Origin: an uncultured Candidatus Saccharibacteria bacterium
Lineage (GTDB): Bacteria; Patescibacteriota; Doudnabacteria; UBA920
Assembly (NCBI GenBank): GCA_964532425.1
Contig: CAZHIA010000001.1
Location: 201,481 to 265,480 of the forward strand
Length of the DNA: 64,000 bases
Reading direction: 5' to 3'
In this document: piece after piece, positions 9,489 through 19,955 of the stretch
Layout: every line of letters begins with the position of its first letter
Position numbering within the stretch: position 1 is the first letter of the stretch
Program-made: the position numbers and the translations under genes
Notes under the pieces: model-generated
The model's input: the letters and a program-made list of their open reading frames with translations, nothing else
Database searches by the model: none
Told to the model about the DNA's origin: nothing

Positions 9489-11348
9489 TTATGAGCTTGT
9501 CATACTGGAAGTTGTGCCGAGGAAGTTGAACAGCGCCTGCAGCGTGTTGCGTGTCAGCGGGATCGCAACCCAGCCGGGTGCAAGCGAGGCATGGTTCATC
9601 ATTCCCATCATGTCCATGCCGCCGCCCATTGGCATATTGCCGGGCATGCCCATATTCATTCCGCCGGGCAAGAGGGGCGACCCGCCGGAGCAATTCTGGC
9701 CGATATGGTGCGCAGGGTCAGTATCGTTCGGGTTGGTCGTGTGGTGTGCGGGATCATTGTCGACATTGCCGGAACAGTCAATGTAGTTGCCGTTCATCAT
9801 GGGGTAGCCGTTCGAATATGTGTACGGCGAACCCGGCTGCGTGGAAGTGGATGTCCCTCCGCCAGTTCCCCAGGGAATCGTGCTTGAGCTAAATACGTTG
9901 GGGTACATGGTAAGGAAGCTGCTCGGGACCAGAATCCAGCCGAAGACCTGGTTGCTGCCGATAGATCCGGGTGTGCTGGTGCCGGTGCCGCCTGATTGAG
10001 TGGCAGGCAGGGTTGTGGCTGTCGTGGTGGCGGATTGCGGCGAAGTGTTGCCGTTCTGATCATTTGCGGTAACAAAGTAACTGTACGTTGTCCCCGGATT
10101 CAAGCCGGTGTCCGTAAATGATACGGTCTGCGGACTGCTCGTACTGCCGGAGCTGGTCGAAGCGGCGGTCGTGCTGCCAATTTCCGCGCTGTTGCGGAAC
10201 ACGCGGAATACTACGTTGGCCGGGGTGGTGGAGTCAGTGCTGAAATTCCAAGTCAGGGTAATGGTGGTCGGTGAGGTTGACGAAGCCGCCAAGTTAACCG
10301 GGGTGGGAAGCGTGCTTGTGCCGGTCGTACTTGTCGCTGTGCTACCGCCGGTTGAGGAAGCCATGGGTGTTATAGATACGGTATATGTTTGCACTGACAT
10401 ATTTCCTGCCGGATCCGACGCAGTCAAAGCGTATGAAAATGCCGAGCTGCTTGCAGTGGTGGATGCCGGCGGGGTATCCGTATAGGTAGTCGCTCCCGGC
10501 GAAGTGGTTGCGAGGTGGCTGCCATCGCGGGAGACGTGGTAGCTGAGGTCAGTGGAAGTGTTGTCTGGATCGGTCGAAGCAGTCCAGTTCAAAACTACTT
10601 GTGACGGTACGGTAGACGTAGCCCAAAAGCCGGTCGGTGCTGTCGGAGCCGTGGTGTCCAGAGTGCTCGATGAGGTCGAAGTGTTATTAGTTGCTGGGGT
10701 GTTACTTGTCGTATTGCCGGTTGTCGCTGCCGCGGTTACTGTCACAATCCCTGTCATACCAATACCGCTCTGCGTGCCGTGGTAGCGGCAATAGTATTGG
10801 TAAGTTCCAGCGGTCGGAAATGCATGACTGTACGAGCCGCCGGGCTGGATGTTGCCGCTGTCGAATGAACTATCATTCGCCGTAACGGTGTGTGTGTTCT
10901 GTCCCTGGTTGGTCCAGGTTACGGTAGTTCCTTCAGGTACCGTGATGTCCGCCGGGTTGAAGGTATTGTCAGTGATAGTCACTGTTGACTGCTGGGTGCC
11001 CGTCGCTGTCGTGCTCGTCGTCGTGCTTGAAGCAGTTCCGGTTCCTGCTTCATTGTTGGCCGTCGTGCTTCCAGAGGTGGAGCTGGTGGTCGACTGTTGC
11101 GTGCTCGAGCCGGTGCTGTTCCCGGTATCCGCAGTCGAAGTTGCGGTGCCGGTCAAATTTGAAGCATTGCCAGTGCCGGTAGTGCTTTCCGTTGTGGTGG
11201 TTGCCGTAGATTGCTGCGTGCTGGTCGACGTATCGCCCGAGGTCGTAGTTTGGGCAAACGCATTCGGACCTGCGGTAAGCATCATGAGCGCTGCCAGACC
11301 GGCAAAGCTACCGATTCGCATCAAGCGGTGCATAAGATCTCCTTTCAA
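9489..11348 (-). CDS. secreted multi-domain protein: cupredoxin (type-1 Cu) domain + fibronectin-III repeats + His/Met-rich C-terminal metal-binding tail
   Basis: Signal peptide present. Cupredoxin signature: H...YYCRYHGTQSGIGMTG (Cys-His-Met ligands). FN3-like LNWTAS.. repeats. C-terminal PAHH repeats and GGMNMGMPGNMPMGGGMDMMGMM Met-rich motif. Confidence 0.75.
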   Translation of the reverse strand: MKGDLMHRLMRIGSFAGLAALMMLTAGPNAFAQTTTSGDTSTSTQQSTATTTTESTTGTGNASNLTGTATSTADTGNSTGSSTQQSTTSSTSGSTTANNEAGTGTASSTTTSTTATGTQQSTVTITDNTFNPADITVPEGTTVTWTNQGQNTHTVTANDSSFDSGNIQPGGSYSHAFPTAGTYQYYCRYHGTQSGIGMTGIVTVTAAATTGNTTSNTPATNNTSTSSSTLDTTAPTAPTGFWATSTVPSQVVLNWTASTDPDNTSTDLSYHVSRDGSHLATTSPGATTYTDTPPASTTASSSAFSYALTASDPAGNMSVQTYTVSITPMASSTGGSTATSTTGTSTLPTPVNLAASSTSPTTITLTWNFSTDSTTPANVVFRVFRNSAEIGSTTAASTSSGSTSSPQTVSFTDTGLNPGTTYSYFVTANDQNGNTSPQSATTTATTLPATQSGGTGTSTPGSIGSNQVFGWILVPSSFLTMYPNVFSSSTIPWGTGGGTSTSTQPGSPYTYSNGYPMMNGNYIDCSGNVDNDPAHHTTNPNDTDPAHHIGQNCSGGSPLLPGGMNMGMPGNMPMGGGMDMMGMMNHASLAPGWVAIPLTRNTLQALFNFLGTTSSMTSS

Positions 11349-11530
11349 AATTAATGGTTAAAAAGAGTCTTCCGATGAAGGTACTATTTTTGACGTATTT
11401 TGCCATGCATATAATGGCTATGGTCTTGTTCATCAAGAGTATTTATAAATACCTTTTATCTTCGGTCTTTTTGGGAAGCGGTGCTTGGGAAAGAAAAACA
11501 CCCTCGGAATGAGGGTGTTAAAAAATTTCG

Positions 11531-12436
11531 TCAGTAGACTGCGGTCTGCGGTGCGGCCTGTGTCGGCACCGCGGCAGCAAGGATATTTTTTGCGTAATTG
11601 ATCGGTATGGAGAAGCTTACGTTCCGATAATTCGAGGCAATGGCGTCATTGATGCCGACAACTTTTCCATTTGTATCGAATGTCGGTCCGCCCGAATGTC
11701 CCGGGTAGAGCTGCATGCTGCTTTGGAATAAATCCTGCAAATGCTGTCCGGGAGTGTCGGCGTTGCTCGGTACAATCTCCTCATGGAGCGATGACACTGT
11801 TCCGCCCGACGTAAAGTTGCTGAACTGGCCAAATGCATTTCCCATGCCCAAAACGGTCTGGCCGACGCGGAGCCCGGCGGAATCTCCCAGTTCTACGGTC
11901 GGATAATTGCTGCCTGGAATTTTCATGACTGCAATATCCTGCTGGGCATCCCGGTATACGACTTCCGCGTCATGAGTGGAGCCGTCCGCTAAGACTACCT
12001 GGTAGGTGGCGCTTGGGTCGGATACGACATGTGCGCAAGTCAGTAGATAGCCGTCCGACCTGACCAGGAAGCCGCTGCCGGCGTCCACTTCCATTTCGCC
12101 GGTGTTAGGCACTGAAATGGTCAGGTTAAAGAAAGGCAGAGTGAATATCGTGGCGTCAGGGGAGGGGGTAGCGGTCTTGTACCCGTAAATAGAGACTACG
12201 GCGGGGGAGATTTTTCCGATCGCTGCCTGCGCCTGGGTGCTGTCAGTCAAGGCTCCACTGGTCGCGGCCGCCAGTGTTGCGCGGCTGTCTGAGGGTCGTC
12301 CGGACAAAGTCCAGGAACCCTGAGCGCCGTTCATGCGGCGGCCGAGCTGCAGGGCGTGGCTTTGCACGAAGGAAGGTGCGGAAGCGACTGCGAGCGCCAG
12401 TAGAAAAATGGCGATAAATTTTCTTGGTGTAATCAT
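11531..12436 (-). CDS. trypsin-like serine protease (S1/HtrA-like, no PDZ)
   Basis: Signal peptide. Catalytic-triad motifs TCAHVV (His) and GHSGGP (Ser). Confidence 0.8.
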   Translation of the reverse strand: MITPRKFIAIFLLALAVASAPSFVQSHALQLGRRMNGAQGSWTLSGRPSDSRATLAAATSGALTDSTQAQAAIGKISPAVVSIYGYKTATPSPDATIFTLPFFNLTISVPNTGEMEVDAGSGFLVRSDGYLLTCAHVVSDPSATYQVVLADGSTHDAEVVYRDAQQDIAVMKIPGSNYPTVELGDSAGLRVGQTVLGMGNAFGQFSNFTSGGTVSSLHEEIVPSNADTPGQHLQDLFQSSMQLYPGHSGGPTFDTNGKVVGINDAIASNYRNVSFSIPINYAKNILAAAVPTQAAPQTAVY

Positions 12437-12481
12437 AGGTGTAGGTAATCGTGGTTAACTGTGGGTGGTATCCGGTAATGT

Positions 12482-13114
12482 ATGATGGCCATTACAGCAA
12501 AAAATTACATGGCTTTGCGGGTTGGCCAGTTAAGAATTTTCATTATGGAACCAGACAGAATCCATGCTTTAATAGCGAAAGCGGTGACCGGTATTTCCGG
12601 CGCGTGGGCGGATTTCGGCTCCGGCGACGGCGTATTTACCCTGGCTTTGTACGCCCTGGCCGATCCTGATACCGTGATTTTTTCCATTGATCGCGATGAG
12701 GAATCTCTTCAGGTGCAGCGTTTGCGTTTTTTAGCAAGTTTCCCCGCTGCACGCATAAATTATTTGGTTCAGGATTTTACCCAGCCGCTTATATTACCGA
12801 AACTGGACGGCATTCTCATGGCCAACTCGCTCCATTATGTCAGGGACCAGGCGGCGTTTTTATCGCGCGCTGCCCGGTTGCTTAAGCCGGGGCCGCCGGT
12901 CGAACAGGATCACGCAAAAGCAGGCGGAAGGATCGTGGTTATTGAGTATGATGACCGTCAGCCGTCGCCATGGGTCCCGTATCCGGTAGGGTTTCAGCGC
13001 CTGTCCGAACTGGCCCGCAGTGCCGGCTTGCAACCCCCTAAATTTTCCGGCACCGTGCCGTCCCTGTACGAAGGTTCGCTCTATTCGGCGATTATTTCGC
13101 GGAGGAGCAGGTGA
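12482..13114 (+). CDS. class I SAM-dependent methyltransferase
   Basis: Motif I DFGSGDGVFT and an acidic motif II. Confidence 0.7.
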   Translation: MMAITAKNYMALRVGQLRIFIMEPDRIHALIAKAVTGISGAWADFGSGDGVFTLALYALADPDTVIFSIDRDEESLQVQRLRFLASFPAARINYLVQDFTQPLILPKLDGILMANSLHYVRDQAAFLSRAARLLKPGPPVEQDHAKAGGRIVVIEYDDRQPSPWVPYPVGFQRLSELARSAGLQPPKFSGTVPSLYEGSLYSAIISRRSR

Positions 13115-13119
13115 CTATT

Positions 13120-13168
13120 TTCTGGCAAAACAAAAACATCCAAGGACATATTGTCTTGGATGTTTTTT
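13120..13168. terminator. bidirectional terminator
   Basis: caaaaacatccaaggacatattgtcttggatgttttttg. Confidence 0.8.
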
Positions 13169-13176
13169 GAAGCCTG

Positions 13177-13407
13177 TTATGCATTTTGACGAGCCGGCTC
13201 CGGTTGCAGTTCCTGGAGAGCCTCATCAAGCTGCCGCAGGCGTGCTTCTAGAATTTTTTTGCGCTGCTCAAGCATTTCTTTCTGCTCTTGCTTGGATAAG
13301 TGCGCGTGGTATCCGTAGCACATAAAGAATTTCCCCTGTACGTGAATGGAATGTGTCGACCTTTCAAGTGCTGGCCTCTGTATATTATTACGGACCGGTC
13401 GGAACAT
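13177..13407 (-). CDS. small coiled-coil protein (hypothetical)
   Basis: Lys/Glu/Gln-rich helix. The true start may be the internal Met (MCYGYHAHLSK...), which has an AGGGGAA SD. Confidence 0.3.
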   Translation of the reverse strand: MFRPVRNNIQRPALERSTHSIHVQGKFFMCYGYHAHLSKQEQKEMLEQRKKILEARLRQLDEALQELQPEPARQNA

Positions 13408-13495
13408 CCTTAACAGAGCGGATGCTCGTGCAGTTCGTACAAGACGTGAAAAAGAAAATCCGCCACAGCATCGCGCTGTGGCGGGCAGGTGGCAG

Positions 13496-13711
13496 CTAGT
13501 TGTCGTATGCCGAAATTTCGGTACCGGTTTCCTTGCAGTTCTTGCGCCGGCATTTCACGCGCACGTGCCCTTTGCCGGGCTGGAACTGCACGTGGCGTTC
13601 GGAATCCTCATGCTTGACCAATTGTTCGAGCAGCTTAGCTGCCGAAATGTTGTCTTCGGCAGCGAGTTTAATAATGGTCATAGCTGTATCTTCGCTGATG
13701 GTAATATCCAT
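13496..13711 (-). CDS. small ribbon-helix-helix-like protein
   Basis: AAGGAGGG SD upstream. The N-terminus fits a beta-strand plus two helices of RHH proteins. An own terminator lies downstream. Confidence 0.4.
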   Translation of the reverse strand: MDITISEDTAMTIIKLAAEDNISAAKLLEQLVKHEDSERHVQFQPGKGHVRVKCRRKNCKETGTEISAYDN

Positions 13712-13837
13712 ATGAGAATGACCCTCCTTGGTATTCTTGTAACTATACTATGATTTACCTATTTTGTCAACCATCACTCCTTGCCATTCCGAGTGAGGAG
13801 CAGTATACTGGTATGATCTTTAGTAAAGGAGGGTGGT

Positions 13838-14185
13838 ATGGCGCATTTGTATCTCAATACGAGTGAGCTGCTGGGGCAAGACCTTGCCGGCTTTCACATC
13901 GAGGAGTGGTACAGGCTTGAGTATGATACGGATCCGGGTAAAGCCGGGTGCATCGAACACTACAAATCCCGCGATTTGGCACTGGCCATGGGTGAGCGAG
14001 CCGGGGATGACGGACGGGATCTAACGCCGAAAGTGGTGTATGTGCTGACCCGGGACGGCCAGAACGGCATTAGCGTCGGTATGGGCTCCATGATTCTGGT
14101 TGATCCTGAAAAGGCACTGGCCAGATTACGGAAGAAGTACCAGGTGTCGATACCGCCGAAGACCGCCAAAGTTCTGGGCAGATAG
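13838..14185 (+). CDS. hypothetical protein
   Basis: 115-aa ORF with a GGAGGG SD, followed by a strong bidirectional terminator. Confidence 0.5.
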   Translation: MAHLYLNTSELLGQDLAGFHIEEWYRLEYDTDPGKAGCIEHYKSRDLALAMGERAGDDGRDLTPKVVYVLTRDGQNGISVGMGSMILVDPEKALARLRKKYQVSIPPKTAKVLGR

Positions 14186-14204
14186 GGCCGGTTTAACCGG
14201 CAGC

Positions 14205-14232
14205 AAAAAAGCAGCCGCATGCGGCTGCTTTT
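14205..14232. terminator. bidirectional rho-independent terminator
   Basis: aaaaaagcagccgcatgcggctgcttttt, a perfect GC hairpin flanked by A/T runs between convergent genes. Confidence 0.85.
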
Positions 14233-14246
14233 TCCAGAGGCAGTTG

Positions 14247-15500
14247 TTACCCCACGTTCGCTTGAACGGGTGAAAGTTCGGCAGCTTGGCTGCGAATTTT
14301 TGCAGCCACGGCCAGGAACTGGACACCGCTGATGAAGACCAGCATGGTACACCATTCCAGGGCGGTCTGTAGACCATAGCGGTCGGAAATACGCCCGACC
14401 ACGGCCGGGGCCAGGGTATCGCCAAGGAGGTGAATGACCAGCAGATAGACGGCGAAAGCAGTGGCATACAGTTCCTTCGGGACAATGTCGTGCATGACCG
14501 CGGTGGAAGGTCCGTTGTAGAACGACAGCAGCATGGTACCGAGGAAGAAAAAGACAAAGAACATCCAACGGCCGGATTGCGCCTGAATACCCGTATACAT
14601 GACTGGTCCGGCCAGCATCAGCGAGACAGCGACGGTCAGGCTGCGACCCCAGGCGAATTTTTGCTGAAGGCGGTCGGCAATGATGCTGCCAAGGAATACG
14701 CCGATGACGCCGGCAACCATAAGCGTCAGGCCTAATATGATGCTGGTATCCCGCAGGGTGTAGCCTTTGTAGCGCATGACGAATTCGACACCCCAGGAAA
14801 CGAACGCACCGACTCCAAAGGTGGTAAATATGCCGCTGCCCACCAGCCAGAGATACGTTTGGTTCTTAAGCAGCGTGCCGATCCCCGCGGTTTTTTCCCG
14901 GCGGGAGAAAGCTTTGTCCGGTAGCCGCGTGCTCAGCCATCCCAGCAGCAAGCCGGGCAGGGAGACAATAAAGAAGGCCAGGCGCCAATTGCTATGCGCA
15001 TAGTAAGCGACAATACCGCCGAGCATGGCACCGATGGTGCCGCCGGCGAACATTCCCGCATTAAAGACACCCTGGGCCCGGGCGCGCGCGGATTCCGGAA
15101 CGTTGTCCGTTATCATGGCAGTCGCCGCCGGGGCGTAAGCCGCCTCGCCGACCCCAACCAGGGAACGAATGCCAAGCAGGGTTTTAAAATTTTTGGCCAA
15201 CCCGGAAGTGAAGCTGGCCAGGGTCCAGAAGATGACGCCGCCAGCGATGATATCGCGCCGGGAGCGTTTATCCGACAGGATCCCTAAGGGCACGCTGGCC
15301 AGCGAGTGGACAAGCATAAACACCGTGCCGAGCAGGCCAAGTTGGAAATCGGAAATTAAGAATTCTTTTTTAATCAAATCGAAGAGCGGGAAAATAACTT
15401 GGCGGTCAACATAATTGATGAAGTTGATCGCCGTGAGGGTTAGCAAGATGATTTTTTGCTCGCGCGTGAGCTGTTTGAACATGTGTTTTGAGGTATACAT
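14247..15500 (-). CDS. MFS transporter (12 TMS)
   Basis: 12 predicted TM helices and the MFS signature G-x-L-x-D-R/K (LGILSDKRSRRDII). Confidence 0.85.
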   Translation of the reverse strand: MYTSKHMFKQLTREQKIILLTLTAINFINYVDRQVIFPLFDLIKKEFLISDFQLGLLGTVFMLVHSLASVPLGILSDKRSRRDIIAGGVIFWTLASFTSGLAKNFKTLLGIRSLVGVGEAAYAPAATAMITDNVPESARARAQGVFNAGMFAGGTIGAMLGGIVAYYAHSNWRLAFFIVSLPGLLLGWLSTRLPDKAFSRREKTAGIGTLLKNQTYLWLVGSGIFTTFGVGAFVSWGVEFVMRYKGYTLRDTSIILGLTLMVAGVIGVFLGSIIADRLQQKFAWGRSLTVAVSLMLAGPVMYTGIQAQSGRWMFFVFFFLGTMLLSFYNGPSTAVMHDIVPKELYATAFAVYLLVIHLLGDTLAPAVVGRISDRYGLQTALEWCTMLVFISGVQFLAVAAKIRSQAAELSPVQANVG

Positions 15501-15651
15501 TTGTCAGTCTCTATAGTATAAACGAAAATTCCACTTTTAAAAAATAGACTAAAAAAATCTCCCATAACCATGGAAGAATCGGATTCCAGTTTTTATTTTT
15601 TTGCAAAAAGCGCTAATATGAAAAGGTGTCATTAAGATTCAAATCCCCGAT

Positions 15652-16473
15652 ATGGATACACCCGAACATTCTCCCCTCAGCGACGACGCTGTGAACGAAG
15701 CTCCGACGCCTCCGGTACCAAAGAATAACGGCGAAGGTTTTCGTACCCCGAAGATAACAAATCGGACAATCCCGCAGAACTCGTGGCTGACCGACGCCGA
15801 TGCCGTCAAGCCGCAGGATAGGAAACTCATTATGCCTGCCATCGCCAAACGAGCGGCGCGGAAAAGCCATCCGGTCCGAAACGGCATTGTATGGATCGTG
15901 ATCCTGGCGGTGCTGGGATATGCCTCTTACCGCGCGTATTTGATGTTCGGTCCGGAAGCAAAACAGCACATGCAAACATCCGTCGGTTATGGGTCGCGAC
16001 CCGTTGCCGCCGATAACTCCCCGACAGGTACATTGCCGGTGACAGCCCAATTTGGCGACTCCGGGCAAGCCTTAGGCGCGTCCACCGGAACGGAGTCTTC
16101 AGTATTGGTAAATGCAACCAGTTCTCCTGCGAGCACAACTGCCGTAACAGTGGCGACGGCGACTTCAACTTCTCCTGCGGCTATTGGCGCTGGCTCTGCA
16201 CTGTCTCAGGGAGTAAGTAATCCAGGTTCACCGGCAGGCAATCCTACTTCGACAGCAGGCCGGCCGGGGTCGAAGTCTATTAAGATAAACGACAACTCCC
16301 TTGGTTACCTTAATGTGCGGAGCGAGCCGTCTTCATCCGGCAAAGTGATTACCCAAGTTCATCCCGGCGAGCAATATGCCTATGGCGACGCCAAATACGG
16401 CTGGTATGAGATTACCTTGGGAGCCGGCAAAACAGGCTGGGTCAGCGGACAGTACGTGACAGTGATAAATTAA
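15652..16473 (+). CDS. single-pass membrane protein with C-terminal bacterial SH3 (SH3b) domain
   Basis: One TM (IVWIVILAVLGYASY), a Ser/Thr-rich linker, and C-terminal YLNVRS...G..Y....GW..I-type SH3_3 motifs. Confidence 0.65.
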   Translation: MDTPEHSPLSDDAVNEAPTPPVPKNNGEGFRTPKITNRTIPQNSWLTDADAVKPQDRKLIMPAIAKRAARKSHPVRNGIVWIVILAVLGYASYRAYLMFGPEAKQHMQTSVGYGSRPVAADNSPTGTLPVTAQFGDSGQALGASTGTESSVLVNATSSPASTTAVTVATATSTSPAAIGAGSALSQGVSNPGSPAGNPTSTAGRPGSKSIKINDNSLGYLNVRSEPSSSGKVITQVHPGEQYAYGDAKYGWYEITLGAGKTGWVSGQYVTVIN

Positions 16474-16552
16474 TATGATTTAAAAGATTTAAATGATTGA
16501 GCAAGATTGCCAGGATACACTCTTGGCAATCTTTTTAATCGTGTCATTCTTG

Positions 16553-17166
16553 TCAATGTTTGTGCATCCACACCGTAAAATCTCCGCTATCGTAGCCGGA
16601 GACGATTTTGATATTGTCAGATAATTCTCTGCAGACCTCTCTGACCTCGTACCAGTTGTAAGTCAGGTATCGGTCGTCCGAGGTGTGGACCGCGCTATCG
16701 AGCATGTTAAAAGCTACTCCGCGTCGGGCGCGCCGGAACATGGTACGGATCATATCATAGTAATAATCCTTGCCTCCCGCGACATTGAATGTCATGGCTC
16801 CGGAGGCCAGGTAATAATCGAATGTGCGGTCGGTTGAGAAGATGTCGCCCACCGCGAATTCGGCTTCCGGGTATTCGTTCCGGGCCGCATCGATCATGGC
16901 CGGCACAATGTCTAAGCCGAGATAGCGGAAACCGGTAAACCGCGTCAGCAGAAAATAATAAAGGTCGCCAACACCACAGCCTACGTCCGCAACACTGCAG
17001 CCTGAAAGGTCCCCGATGCCGGCCAGATTCCTGAATCGTTCCAGCTGGTCCCGGATAGTTATCCAATGGAAGGCTTTGGGATTGTTGGGGCCGTACGCGG
17101 CCAAGGCACTGGCATAGAATTGGATAAGCCGCTTGCGGTCTGTCTCGCTCAAAGAAGTCATTGTCA
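16553..17166 (-). CDS. class I SAM-dependent methyltransferase
   Basis: Motif I VADVGCGVGDL. The start was trimmed to an internal ATG (MTMTSLSE...), because the longer 16553..17389 frame overlaps the next gene by about 60 bp. Confidence 0.75.
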
Positions 17167-17330
17167 TACTTATACAAGACGGAGTACAAAGTATCTCGTG
17201 TTCGCATCCGTTGCTGCCATTTGGCCAAGGAGTGCGCTTTTTAGGCATTTCGTAGGATTTAGCGCTGCCGGCCGTCCTAAAAGATATTATCCTATCGTGG
17301 GAAAGGTGCGCCGTTTTAGCAGATGCTTTT

Positions 17331-19559
17331 ATGGATCCGAACAGGAAGATTACGACCCAGGTATACCGCAGTTTTTTTGAGCAGCTCACCGATGCATTCC
17401 CGGCTCTGCTCGTCGTTTTTAACTTGCAGACAGGAAAATTCGTGTTTGCGAACAGGAGTCTCGAGCAACTGACGGGGTATTCTTTTAAAGATCTGGAAGA
17501 CGGCGGTTTGATGCGGGCAACCTCCTTATTACATCAAGATGAATTGGGGCTATTAACGGAAAAATTCCAACAAGGGCTGGCCGGGTTGCAGGAGTCCGGC
17601 GGGACTGAGGGTGCTTTTTTGGATCTCGAACACCGGTTGCGGCGGAAACAGGGTTCATGGGCGCGGCTCAGGACACAAGCTACCATATTCACGCGCGATG
17701 CCCAGGGCCGGCCGGAGCTGGTCCTGTTGTTTTCAGTCAGCTGCGCAGCGCGCAAGAAAAGGGCTGTGGCGCCCGGAGCGGCGAGCGAAGAAGCGATTGA
17801 ATCCAAGGTTCGTGACCGCACTGGGGCTTTGCTGGCTGCCCAGCAGAAGGTGATCAATGACCTGAAAAACATCCAGTACGCCCTGGACCAGTCTTCCATC
17901 GTAGCTATTACCGACAAGAACGGGGTCATCCAGTTTGTTAACGATAAATTCACGGAAATTTCCAAATACTCCCGCCAGGAACTCCTCGGGAAAACCCACC
18001 GGATCATCAATTCCCGCTATCATTCAAAAGAATTTTTTAAAGATCTGTGGGATACGATCCTGTCCGGCAGGGTTTGGCGGGGAGAACTGAAAAATCGCGC
18101 CAAAGACGGGACGTACTACTGGGTGGATACGACCATTACGCCGCTGCTTGACGAGCAAGGCAAGCCGAACCAGTTCATTGCCATTCGTAATGATATTACC
18201 GAGCGGAAGCATGCCGAAGATATCGTGCGGTACCAGGCACAGCATGATGCCCTGACCGCCTTGCCGAATCGCAAGGCGCTGGAAGACAGGCTGGCGCTGA
18301 CCCTGGCTTCTGCCGGGATTGTCCAACGGCCGGTTGGATTGGTCTTTTTGGATTTGGACCGGTTCAAGAACGTTAATGATTCGCTCGGTCACAGCATCGG
18401 TGACATGGTTCTCAAGGAGGTCGCAAATCGTCTGCAGGTCGCCGTTCAGGGGGATGACTTGGTCGCCCGCCTGGGTGGTGATGAATTTGTCCTCCTGCTT
18501 ACTCATCCGCTGGGCCTGGATGAAGTGACAAATACAGCGCAAAAAGTCCTCACTCACGTCGCTGTACCGATGAAGATCGGCAAATATCATTTGCACGTGA
18601 CCGCGAGCGCAGGCGTGGCTATGTATCCCGAAGACGGCCAGGACCAGCAGACGCTCATGAAGAATGCCGACTCGGCCCTCTACCGGGCAAAAAAGGCGGG
18701 CAGGAACTGCTACCGTCTGTTCAATAAGGAAGAGAATGCCCAAGCTTCGGCTCGGTTTATTCTCGGCAATGATTTGCGGCAAGCACTCGGGTCTGACCAA
18801 TTGGAACTGCATTACCAGCCGGTGGTCGACACGGAAAGTGGCCAAACAATAGCAACGGAAGCTCTGGTCCGCTGGAACCATCCGGATCTTGGGCTGGTCT
18901 ATCCCGGCGAGTTTATTCCCATTGCCGAAGAGCAGGGGTTGATCGTCGAGCTTGGCGAATGGGTCATGCGCAACGCCTGCCGGCAAATGAAAGAATGGCG
19001 CGCCCAAGGCATGCCGCCCTTTCGAATTTCCATCAACCTTTCCGCACCGCAATTTTCCGATGCGCAGCTGATACCGCTGGTCAGCGATATCCTGCAGGAA
19101 TCAGGCCTGACCGGAGAGCACTTGGAGCTGGAGATCACGGAAAGCGTGGCTGTAGAGAATTTTGACCGGACCAGGCAAAAGCTGCAAGACCTTCGCGATA
19201 TGGGCATTCATCTGACCATGGATGATTTTGGGACCGGGTATTCGTCGCTCAACTATCTGCGGCGTTTTCCGCTGCAGAAGCTCAAGATCGACCGGTCGTT
19301 CGTCCGCCACAGCATCGTCAGTCAACAGGATTCCAGCATCATCCAGGCCATTATCGCTATTGCCAACAATTTGGGACTGAAGATCGTTGCCGAAGGGGTG
19401 GAAACCATGGAACAGTATGAGCTACTCTTAAAATTGGGCTGCTTCCGTATGCAGGGGTATTTGATTAGCAAGCCGCTGCCGGCTCTGGATTTTGCCGCCT
19501 GGGTGAACAATGGCAGCAGTTGGCCGTCGGTTAAACTCTCGCCGCGCCGCCGGATTTGA
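17331..19559 (+). CDS. PAS/PAC-PAS-GGDEF-EAL c-di-GMP signalling protein
   Basis: Two PAS-like segments, GGDEF motif (RLGGDEF), EAL motif with ELEITES and the Mg-binding DDFGTGYSS. Confidence 0.9.
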   Translation: MDPNRKITTQVYRSFFEQLTDAFPALLVVFNLQTGKFVFANRSLEQLTGYSFKDLEDGGLMRATSLLHQDELGLLTEKFQQGLAGLQESGGTEGAFLDLEHRLRRKQGSWARLRTQATIFTRDAQGRPELVLLFSVSCAARKKRAVAPGAASEEAIESKVRDRTGALLAAQQKVINDLKNIQYALDQSSIVAITDKNGVIQFVNDKFTEISKYSRQELLGKTHRIINSRYHSKEFFKDLWDTILSGRVWRGELKNRAKDGTYYWVDTTITPLLDEQGKPNQFIAIRNDITERKHAEDIVRYQAQHDALTALPNRKALEDRLALTLASAGIVQRPVGLVFLDLDRFKNVNDSLGHSIGDMVLKEVANRLQVAVQGDDLVARLGGDEFVLLLTHPLGLDEVTNTAQKVLTHVAVPMKIGKYHLHVTASAGVAMYPEDGQDQQTLMKNADSALYRAKKAGRNCYRLFNKEENAQASARFILGNDLRQALGSDQLELHYQPVVDTESGQTIATEALVRWNHPDLGLVYPGEFIPIAEEQGLIVELGEWVMRNACRQMKEWRAQGMPPFRISINLSAPQFSDAQLIPLVSDILQESGLTGEHLELEITESVAVENFDRTRQKLQDLRDMGIHLTMDDFGTGYSSLNYLRRFPLQKLKIDRSFVRHSIVSQQDSSIIQAIIAIANNLGLKIVAEGVETMEQYELLLKLGCFRMQGYLISKPLPALDFAAWVNNGSSWPSVKLSPRRRI

Positions 19560-19631
19560 CAGACTGGTGCGGGCATATAATAATACCCATATCTTTTCAA
19601 AATCAAACAGCTTATTTGGGGAAGTCCGGTC

Positions 19632-19705
19632 AGGTAAAGTTTCAAGTTATAAAGTAGAAAGTTATCAAGTTTCTGCAGTCACTTTCTACTTGATAACTTT
19701 ATAAC
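19632..19705. repeat. cluster of direct/inverted AAGTTATCAAGT / ACTTGATAACTT and AGTAGAAAGT / ACTTTCTACT repeats
   Basis: Seen directly downstream of the GGDEF-EAL gene. Confidence 0.7.
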
Positions 19706-19955
19706 TTGATAACTTTGTCTTATCCCGGCACTGTGCCGCAACTGTAAGCCCTGCCCTTTGTTCCGCCAGCTGGCGGAAAAGAGCGGGGGAGTCAGGTCGC
19801 CAAATAAGTCATGTGTTGTTCTCCCGAGCAGGACTGTTCGTATTGTTTTAACATCGCCTCGGGAGAGGCGGTTTTTTATTCGCCCAGCAGGAAGCGAATA
19901 GCCCGGCGCAGCACTTCCCGGAAGGACGAAGGCGGGTACAACCATTGAGAATCAC

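Noticed and set aside
9900-11250. Repetitive DNA that could be mistaken for a CRISPR array or tandem repeats
   Set aside because: The repeats are degenerate, in-frame codon repeats encoding Ser/Thr-rich linkers. There is no repeat-spacer periodicity, and no cas genes are anywhere in the window.
10849-11361. 170-aa plus-strand Val-rich ORF and other frames within 9489..11348
   Set aside because: It is an antisense reading of the Thr/Ser-rich low-complexity coding DNA (ACC/AGC repeats read as GGT/GCT).
13346-13753. 135-aa plus-strand ORF
   Set aside because: It overlaps a minus-strand small gene that has a good SD (AAGGAGGG) and its own terminator. The plus frame has no RBS and a junk-like composition.
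16553-17389. Longer 278-aa version of the methyltransferase ORF
   Set aside because: The first 74 codons overlap the PAS-GGDEF gene start region and lack an RBS. An internal ATG at 17166 gives a canonical-length methyltransferase.
18024-19052. 342-aa minus-strand ORF
   Set aside because: Antisense to the GGDEF/EAL domains, which have canonical motifs.
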